Origin: an uncultured bacterium
GTDB taxonomy: Bacteria > UBA8481
NCBI GenBank assembly: GCA_964499705.1
Contig: CAZCME010000004.1
Location: 248,001 to 290,071, forward strand
Reading direction: 5' to 3'
DNA: 42,071 bases
Made by a program: the position numbers and the translations under genes. The notes beneath the pieces were generated by a model. It did no database searches. It was not told the origin of the DNA and worked only from the letters and a program-made list of their open reading frames with translations. Below are positions 35,963 through 42,071 of this stretch, piece after piece. Position 1 is the stretch's first letter. Each line of letters opens with the position of its first letter.

Positions 35963-36076
35963 TCAGGTCTTGTGGAAGGGAATTCTGATGAAGGAGCAAG
36001 TCGCCTCGTGTGCCCAAAATCGTATACGGAAGGCCTGATTCCTGATATCTGTTCTTAGTCAGAGGAGGCGGAGACC

Positions 36077-36913
36077 ATGTCCAAAGAGGGGAAGCCCGGC
36101 AAAACCATCGAAACCGGCAATTCCAACGGAAAAAAGATCAAGAACAAGTTTTACGAGAAGGAACTAAGGCGTCTCCAGATCGAGCTGGTCAAGCTCCAGG
36201 AGTGGATCCGCCACAAGGGTCTGAAAGTCGTGGTCATCTTCGAGGGACGCGACGCGGCCGGCAAGGGCGGCGTCATCAAGCGGATCTCCCAGTGCCTGAA
36301 TCCCCGCGTCTGCCGCATCGTGGCGCTCGGGACGCCCACGGAGAAGGAAAAGACCCAGTGGTATTTCCAGCGCTATGTGCCTCACCTGCCTGCGGCCGGC
36401 GAGATGGTGCTGTTCGATCGGAGCTGGTACAACCGATGCGGCGTGGAGAAGGTGATGGGATTCTGTTCCGATGAGGATTACAGGGAATTCCTGCGGGCGT
36501 GTCCCGAGTTCGAACGCATGCTGCTCCGGTCCGGAATCATTCTCATCAAGTACTGGTTCTCCGTGTCGGATGAGGAGCAGGAGCGCCGGTTTCAGTCGCG
36601 GATCGCGGATCCGACGAAGAGGTGGAAGCTGAGCCCCATGGATCTCAAGTCGCGTTCGAAGTGGGTCGAGTACTCGATGGCCAAGGACCAGATGTTCGCC
36701 CACACGGACATCAAGCAGGCTCCATGGCACGTCGTGAACGCGGACAACAAGAAGCTGGCAAGGCTCAACTGCATCGCGCATCTTCTTTCCATGATCTCCT
36801 ACAAGGATCTGACCCCGGACAAGATCAAGCTGCCTCCGCGCCAGAAGGATAAGGGCTACGTGAGGCCTCCCATGACCGACCAGACCTTCGTGCCCAATCA
36901 GTATGGAGAATAG
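36077..36913 (+). CDS. ppk2: Polyphosphate kinase 2 (class I, single domain)
   Basis: YEKEL..LQIELVKLQ, FEGRDAAGKGG, QWYFQRY, LFDRSWYNR, PEFERML, WKLSPMD; GGAGG SD. Confidence 0.97.
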   Translation: MSKEGKPGKTIETGNSNGKKIKNKFYEKELRRLQIELVKLQEWIRHKGLKVVVIFEGRDAAGKGGVIKRISQCLNPRVCRIVALGTPTEKEKTQWYFQRYVPHLPAAGEMVLFDRSWYNRCGVEKVMGFCSDEDYREFLRACPEFERMLLRSGIILIKYWFSVSDEEQERRFQSRIADPTKRWKLSPMDLKSRSKWVEYSMAKDQMFAHTDIKQAPWHVVNADNKKLARLNCIAHLLSMISYKDLTPDKIKLPPRQKDKGYVRPPMTDQTFVPNQYGE

Positions 36914-37010
36914 TTTCATCCAGGACGGGTAGGATATTTCGGATTACGTGATGTACTAGATTGTAGTATTGTTAATGACTCGCACTTACGAATGGAATGA
37001 GATCTATAAA

Positions 37011-37282
37011 GTGTGCGTCCTCGAATTCGGAGCCGCATAACGGAGCAAGTCGCGGATTCCGGACTCCGGCCAACGGGGCTGCGGCACACGAAATCATCCG
37101 CTTAGGGCTGCTCCGGTCAAGGCCTGACCCGGTTCACGGCGATTCGTTGCGCAGGTGCCGGCCATCAACGCCCTTCCCCCGCTCTCGTCTCTCCGCATGA
37201 CGGCTTCTCTGTTCGAGTCTTCGGCCCCGCATGAAGCGGATTTCGGGCTGCAGGGAACCGCTAGCTCCCCGCCTAGACGCAC
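37011..37282 (-). ncRNA. ffs: Signal recognition particle RNA, large bacterial (Alu-domain-containing) type
   Basis: Minus strand begins GTGCGTCTAGGCGGGGAGCTAGCGGTTCCCTGCAGCCCGAAATCCGC...GCGGGGCCGAA (Bacillus scRNA-like Alu domain). Domain IV reads GTGAACCGGGTCAGGCCTTGACCGGAGCAGCCCTAAGCG. 5' GTGCGTC pairs with 3' GACGCAC; length ~270 nt. Confidence 0.92.
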
Positions 37283-37287
37283 GCGCC

Positions 37288-37316
37288 ATCATACTCCGCG
37301 TCCGGCCCGGATGCAA
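37288..37316 (-). promoter_or_regulatory. sigma70 promoter for SRP RNA
   Basis: TTGCAT (37316-37311), 17-nt spacer, TATGAT (37293-37288), just upstream of the predicted 5' end. Confidence 0.7.
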
Positions 37317-37364
37317 TTTTCACTGGCCATGGCCGCCGGGATTGAGTAGCATGCCTGACCGTTC

Positions 37365-37682
37365 ATGAACATACAGGCCATCATGAAACAGATGCAGAAG
37401 GTCCAGGCGGAAGCGGCGAAGGCGCAGGCGGAGCTGGATGCCGCCGTCGTCGAGGGCAGCGCGGGGGGAGGCGCCGTCAAGATCGTGATGACCGGATCGT
37501 ATCAGGTCAAATCGGTCGAAGTGAGCCAGGACATGGTGGAAACGGGCGATAAGGAAATCATCGAGGACAGCCTCCGGGCCGCCCTGGATGACGTTCTGGG
37601 TAAAGTCAGGGCCCTGACGCAGGCGGCGATGTCGAAGGCCGTCGGCGGAGCCAACATCCCGGGGATGCCGAATCTTTTTTAG
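37365..37682 (+). CDS. ybaB: YbaB/EbfC nucleoid-associated protein
   Basis: MNIQAIMKQMQKVQ, VEGSAGGGAVKIVMTG, DKEIIEDSL.AALDD, C-terminal IPGMPNLF. Confidence 0.93.
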   Translation: MNIQAIMKQMQKVQAEAAKAQAELDAAVVEGSAGGGAVKIVMTGSYQVKSVEVSQDMVETGDKEIIEDSLRAALDDVLGKVRALTQAAMSKAVGGANIPGMPNLF

Positions 37683-37733
37683 CCCATCGCACGGCGATGA
37701 TGCGAATGAAAATCGAAGTCAGGAGAGGAAACA

Positions 37734-37871
37734 GTGTCGAAGAGAACATTTCAGCCCCATAACCGGCGGCGAAAGAAGACCCACGGGTTCAGAAAGCGTA
37801 TGGCAACTCCCACGGGACGGCGGGTTCTGGCGTCGCGACGGAGCAAAGGGCGCAAGCGACTCACAGTTTGA
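37734..37871 (+). CDS. rpmH: 50S ribosomal protein L34
   Basis: Below the track size cutoff; hand translation from [58 protein letters not shown]. Confidence 0.97.
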   Translation: MSKRTFQPHNRRRKKTHGFRKRMATPTGRRVLASRRSKGRKRLTV

Positions 37872-38017
37872 GTTTTCGCAAGCGGCGGACCGCTGATGAC
37901 GTTGGTCGGCAGCCGGGACAAGGTTCGTCTTCCGGCATTCTCGCAACGGGTTCTAGTTGCTGCAAGACCGGGATAACCGGATGACCATCCCGTCGCTTCG
38001 AATATTCACGCTTTGAC

Positions 38018-38308
38018 ATGTCCGGAAGTCGTGTTATTGCAATAATAAATGCCTTTCGTGCGCGGCGATTATCCGATGTTCCGACAATTCCGAACCAGGT
38101 AGAGACCGTGATCTTGTGCCGCGGAGCGAAGAATGCGGTGGAAAGAAACCGGATCCGGAGGCGGATCAAGGCGGCGGTGCGGGAAGTGATGAAGAAGAAA
38201 GAGCAGAAGGACGCAGTCGTCGTGATCGAGGCGGGAAGAGACTTTTTGAGTATGAACTGGGATGCGGTGAAGAATCGAGTCATGAAGCAGATGAATCATG
38301 TCGCCTGA
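38018..38308 (+). CDS. rnpA: Ribonuclease P protein component, divergent with atypical N-terminus
   Basis: RNR motif [25 protein letters not shown]; position between rpmH and yidD; only 96 aa, start uncertain. Confidence 0.75.
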   Translation: MSGSRVIAIINAFRARRLSDVPTIPNQVETVILCRGAKNAVERNRIRRRIKAAVREVMKKKEQKDAVVVIEAGRDFLSMNWDAVKNRVMKQMNHVA

Positions 38309-38561
38309 AATACGCTCCATCAGCCGCGTCTCGGAATGGATGCGCCTGGCGACGATCCTTCCCATCCGAGCCTATCAATTGTTCATCTCCCCTCTTCTTC
38401 CCCCAGCCTGCCGCTATCATCCTCACTGTTCCGCCTACGCCGCCGAAGCCATTCTGGCTCACGGTCCCGTCCGAGGCATCTGGCTGGGCATCAAGCGCAT
38501 TCTGAGATGTCACCCTTTTCATGCGGGCGGTTACGATCCGGTTCCGCCCCGGAGTCGATGA
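38298..38561 (+). CDS. yidD: Membrane protein insertion efficiency factor YidD
   Basis: [54 protein letters not shown]. Confidence 0.97.
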   Translation: MSPEIRSISRVSEWMRLATILPIRAYQLFISPLLPPACRYHPHCSAYAAEAILAHGPVRGIWLGIKRILRCHPFHAGGYDPVPPRSR

Positions 38562-38564
38562 TCG

Positions 38565-40349
38565 ATGGAACAGCGACGGCTCTTCATCGCCATCGGTCTC
38601 TCGATGGCCTTCCTCTTCCTCTGGCAGATGCTCTTTCCCCCACCGGCTCCGAGGAAGAAAGCTCCGGTCGCGACATCGATCTCCTCGGATACCGGATCCC
38701 CCGTTCCGGATTCACCGCCCGTCCTGGCGCAGGCACCCGCATCTTCTCCGGTCCCCGCGGACTCGACCTCTCTCGATTCGAGCGTGCGCCAGTCCCTGAT
38801 CCCGTCGACGCCGCCTCGATCTGTCACCATCGAACTGCCCCGCTACACCGCCACTCTCGATGAAACCGGCGGCATCCTCTCTTCGCTCGCCCTGACGGAT
38901 TTCACATCCCTGTCCCTGCCGCCCCGCGGCTTGCACCCCGTCTCCCTCGTCTCTCACATCCTCCAGGCTCCGGGACATCTCTCCCTCCTCGTGGACCAGG
39001 ATGACCGATCCAGGCTCGGCCAGTCCCGCTGGATCCTCGACTCCGTTCAGGAGTCGCGCATCGTTTCCTTCTCAACAATACCCGGCGTCCCGGAGCTTCC
39101 CACGGATATCAGGATCGAGAAGAAACTGGAGTTCACCGACGACTACGGATCCACTCTCGACATCACCATCTTCAACCTGTCCGACAAGCCGCGAGCGCTC
39201 TCCACGGGCCGGCTCCGGTACGATCTCCAGGATAAGACGCGCGAGGGGTCCCTCGTCGTCCACCTCGGACCGGATCTCGGTAATAATGCTCCTGTAAGCG
39301 CTTACATCGACCAATATATGGTTACGGGCAGCCACGAGCGCGACGGGAAGCACGAGGTCGCGGTCCTGGCGAAAAGCTGGTGGCACGGGCTGTTCGGAGC
39401 TCCGGCGATGCCGGAAGGCGTGAAGTGGGCGGCGCTGGAGAATCGCTATTTCGTCGTGGCCGTGGAACCGTCCGGATTCACGGTGGACGCACTCTTTCAT
39501 CCCGACGAGAAGAAACGGCTCCACCTTTTTCTTCTCCTTCCGTCTTTCAATCTCGATCCGGGACAGAGCAAGACCTTCTCGTTCCGGATCTTCTCCGGCC
39601 CCAAGTCGACTCAGCTGCTGCAGTCCTTCGATCCCGCGTTCAAGCAGCTCGACGGGATGGAGCCGACGATTCTTCCACGGAGCATCGAGATCGCGCGCTG
39701 GATGGTTTCCTTCCTCGGATGGATCCAGAAGCATGTCGGAAACTGGGGCTGGTCGATCATCATCCTGACGATCATCGTCCGCGGTCTCCTCTTCCCTCTT
39801 TCGTACTACCAGTTCAAATCCATGGCCCGCATGCAGCAGCTCCAGCCGCGCATCGCGGAGCTCCAGTCGCGCTACGCGGCCGACAAGGAACGGCTTCAGC
39901 GCGAGCTCATGAAGGTCTATAGCGAAGCCGGAGTCAATCCCATCGGAGGATGTCTCCCGATTCTCCTGCAGATGCCCATCCTGATCGGGCTCTTTCTCGC
40001 CTTCCAGAGCGCGATCGAACTGCGCGGAGTCCCCTTCATGCTCTGGATCAAGGATCTCTCCGTGCCGGATACCCTCGCTCATATCCCGCTCCTCGGAATC
40101 CCCATCAATCCCCTGCCGCTCCTGATGTGCGGCACGATGCTTTATCAGCAGAAGATCACTCCCATGACGACCACCGATCCGGCGCAGAAACAGATCTTCA
40201 TGATGATGCCGGTCATCATGACCGTCATGTTCTATAATTTTCCCAGCGGCCTCTCGCTCTATTGGGTCGTTCAGAATATCCTGTCGATCGGACAGCAGTA
40301 CTACATGATGAAATTGAAAAAGGAGGTAACTCAGAATGCAGTTACATGA
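38565..40349 (+). CDS. yidC: Membrane protein insertase YidC (long diderm type)
   Basis: N-terminal TM, large periplasmic domain (WAALENRYF, FSGPK), GNWGWSIIILTIIVR, NPIGGCLPILLQMP, LWIKDLSVPD, PSGLSLYW. Confidence 0.97.
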   Translation: MEQRRLFIAIGLSMAFLFLWQMLFPPPAPRKKAPVATSISSDTGSPVPDSPPVLAQAPASSPVPADSTSLDSSVRQSLIPSTPPRSVTIELPRYTATLDETGGILSSLALTDFTSLSLPPRGLHPVSLVSHILQAPGHLSLLVDQDDRSRLGQSRWILDSVQESRIVSFSTIPGVPELPTDIRIEKKLEFTDDYGSTLDITIFNLSDKPRALSTGRLRYDLQDKTREGSLVVHLGPDLGNNAPVSAYIDQYMVTGSHERDGKHEVAVLAKSWWHGLFGAPAMPEGVKWAALENRYFVVAVEPSGFTVDALFHPDEKKRLHLFLLLPSFNLDPGQSKTFSFRIFSGPKSTQLLQSFDPAFKQLDGMEPTILPRSIEIARWMVSFLGWIQKHVGNWGWSIIILTIIVRGLLFPLSYYQFKSMARMQQLQPRIAELQSRYAADKERLQRELMKVYSEAGVNPIGGCLPILLQMPILIGLFLAFQSAIELRGVPFMLWIKDLSVPDTLAHIPLLGIPINPLPLLMCGTMLYQQKITPMTTTDPAQKQIFMMMPVIMTVMFYNFPSGLSLYWVVQNILSIGQQYYMMKLKKEVTQNAVT

Positions 40350-41340
40350 GGAAGGGGATCAGCGCGATCGCGTCCAGGGAACCGAAACGCAGGACGCAGG
40401 CTCACCGGGCAGTGGCTCATCCGGCAGCGTGGAGATCGAGAACAAACTTCTCGAGGACGCCATAGCGGAAGGGTTGGCTAGGCTTGGTATTACTAGAGAT
40501 AAGGCTAATATCGAGATACTGGATGAAGGGAAGGGCGGCTTTCTGGGCATCGGAGCCAAGAACGCGCGCGTGCGCGTCAGCCGGATCGATAATGCGGAGA
40601 ACATCATCAAGGATGTTCTCTCAAAACTTCTGGAATCGCTCGATGAAAACGCGACTGTGGCCGGCATCAAGCTCGAAGACGGCCGCTATCATTGCGAGGT
40701 GAATTGCGAAAATATCGCGCTCCTCCTCGGCCGCCGAGGCCGCACGCTCGATGCGATTCAATCCCTGCTCGCGGCGATCGCGTCCCGAAAGCTCGAAGAT
40801 CACGTTCGCGTGATGCTGGATTCCGGCGGATTCCGCGAGAAGCGCAAGGAAGTCCTCACGCAGATGGCGCAGGATGCCGCGCGCGATGCCATCGAGCTCA
40901 AAGAAGAAATCCACCTGGAGCCCATGTCGTCGCATGACAGGAAACTGATCCACGCTTGTCTCTCCGCGAATCCCGAGATTCGTACGATGAGCGAAGACAC
41001 GGGAGACCGGCGGCATATTGTTGTTCTTCCGGCGGACGGATCCGGGAAAAAATCCCAAAGCAGGGGATCGGAAGATCGCCCAAGGGAAGGCCGTGGAGGT
41101 CGTGGAGGACGGAGTGGCGGACGTAGCGGACGTAGCGACGGCAGAAGCGCCGGTGGTCGTGGCGGACGCGGACAAGGTGGACGCGGCGGACGAAGCCAGG
41201 GCGGGCGAAGTTCAGGCGGCGGTCGCGGCAGAAGAAGTTCATCCGACCGCGGCGAGGATCGCTCCGAACAGAAAGCCCCGGCGGAATTTTCAGGAGCATC
41301 CCAGGGGACCGAGTCTCAAGGGGCCGAGATCCAGGAATGA
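40336..41340 (+). CDS. jag: Jag/EloR/KhpB RNA-binding protein (Jag_N, KH, R3H) with an RGG-rich tail
   Basis: EDAIAEGL..LG...EILDEGKGGFLGIG; LLGRRGRTLDAIQ; LEPMSSHDRKLIH; AAGGAGG SD. Confidence 0.93.
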   Translation: MQLHEEGDQRDRVQGTETQDAGSPGSGSSGSVEIENKLLEDAIAEGLARLGITRDKANIEILDEGKGGFLGIGAKNARVRVSRIDNAENIIKDVLSKLLESLDENATVAGIKLEDGRYHCEVNCENIALLLGRRGRTLDAIQSLLAAIASRKLEDHVRVMLDSGGFREKRKEVLTQMAQDAARDAIELKEEIHLEPMSSHDRKLIHACLSANPEIRTMSEDTGDRRHIVVLPADGSGKKSQSRGSEDRPREGRGGRGGRSGGRSGRSDGRSAGGRGGRGQGGRGGRSQGGRSSGGGRGRRSSSDRGEDRSEQKAPAEFSGASQGTESQGAEIQE

Positions 41341-42056
41341 GTTTCACCATCCCCGGCTTGGAGCAATTCCGAGCCGGGGATCATTTTTCTCCTTATCTCC
41401 CCGATCAATTCTCTCAACTTGCCAGGTTCCTCCTGGAGGCTCCCTACAGGGCAGTAGGGCCCAAGGAGCAGGACCGCGTCCTTACTGAAATCGTCCTCGA
41501 TTCTCTGGCCCCGGTGTATCTGAATCTCATTCAAAGCGACGCATCACCCCTCATACTGGATATGGGCTGTGGTTCTGGAATCCCCGTTCTTCCCCTTGCT
41601 GCAACCTGTCCGCATGCGCGATGCGTCGGCGTCGACTCCTCCGTAAAGCGAATCCAATACGCCACGGAAATCGCGGCCCGATTGGATCTTATAAACGCGC
41701 GATTTCTGGTGGAACGCATTGAGCAGTATGGGGCGCGGCGAGCCGGAGTCAGAAACGAGCAGGTTCCTCCGAAGTCCCTTCAGCCTCTCATTCGCTCCGC
41801 GGATTTCGTCGTGGCCCGAGGCATGGCTAAGGCTCCGGAGGTCCTGGATAAGGCCGCCGCGTTTCTCAATCCCCACGGGCGCCTGATCATCTACTCGACG
41901 GAATCCTCCGCCACGGAGACGTTATCCACGCTTTCAGAGCGTCAGCAAGCGGTCTGGAATTCCATCCTGCATCCTTATACGCGTAGCGGATCCGATATTT
42001 CCTATGCCTTGATGGAGTGTACGCGCAAAGTAGTAAGTTCCGCTTCTGCAAAGTAG
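41337..42056 (+). CDS. rsmG: 16S rRNA m7G527 methyltransferase RsmG (GidB), divergent
   Basis: LDSL, LDMGCGSGIP.LPLA, VDSSVKR, ERIE, DFVVARG; ATGA overlap with jag; usual genomic neighbourhood. Confidence 0.8.
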   Translation: MSFTIPGLEQFRAGDHFSPYLPDQFSQLARFLLEAPYRAVGPKEQDRVLTEIVLDSLAPVYLNLIQSDASPLILDMGCGSGIPVLPLAATCPHARCVGVDSSVKRIQYATEIAARLDLINARFLVERIEQYGARRAGVRNEQVPPKSLQPLIRSADFVVARGMAKAPEVLDKAAAFLNPHGRLIIYSTESSATETLSTLSERQQAVWNSILHPYTRSGSDISYALMECTRKVVSSASAK

Positions 42057-42071
42057 AAAGGACCGCCCCGG

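Noticed and set aside
36954-36968. TACTA-N5-TAGTA palindrome as an NrdR box or other operator
   Set aside because: Spacing is one base off the NrdR consensus, and it sits between two 3' ends (ppk2 and ffs) with no downstream target
37982-37984. TGA recoding (Sec, Trp or Gly) as a genome-wide alternative code
   Set aside because: TGA is the stop of many well-defined genes here (rpmH, hyfB, cpaF, dnaX); no SECIS-like hairpin was recognised
41922-41930. DnaA box / oriC near the rpmH cluster
   Set aside because: A single mismatched TTATCCACG inside the rsmG coding sequence; no box cluster and no dnaA in the window
1-42071. Prophage, IS transposase, integrase, tRNA or rRNA genes
   Set aside because: None recognised; the excisionase-like HTH belongs to an EIIA fusion regulator, and the structured RNA at 37011-37282 is SRP RNA

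Overview
GC-rich bacterial chromosomal segment, densely coding, standard genetic code. From left to right it contains: the edge of a glycosylation locus (partial GT-C-type membrane protein, DegT-family aminotransferase, FAD oxidoreductase); a peroxiredoxin, dnaX and trmL; and a ~13 kb operon. That operon encodes an HTH-EIIA(Ntr)-like regulator plus an Ehr (hydrogenase-4/complex I-related) complex whose large subunit lacks the NiFe cysteine motifs and whose four-gene membrane module (hyfB-C-E-F-like) is present twice around a single peripheral module. Next come an orphan pilT, a TMEM14-like gene, hrpB, a large secreted GH15-like hydrolase, aat and a SYLF protein. A tightly coupled minus-strand operon follows (secreted DUF1598-like protein, CHASE-PP2C phosphatase, STAS, orphan CpaF/TadA ATPase, RsbW-like kinase with no canonical start). 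The window ends with mog, a flavin reductase, a palindromic intergenic element, ppk2, a large Alu-type SRP RNA with a UGAC helix-8 loop, ybaB and the rpmH-rnpA-yidD-yidC-jag-rsmG cluster. The best candidates for undescribed systems are the pilus-type ATPase embedded in a partner-switching module and the double-membrane-arm Ehr complex. Several genes also show a leaderless-mRNA signature. All family calls come from motif recognition by eye; no searches were run.
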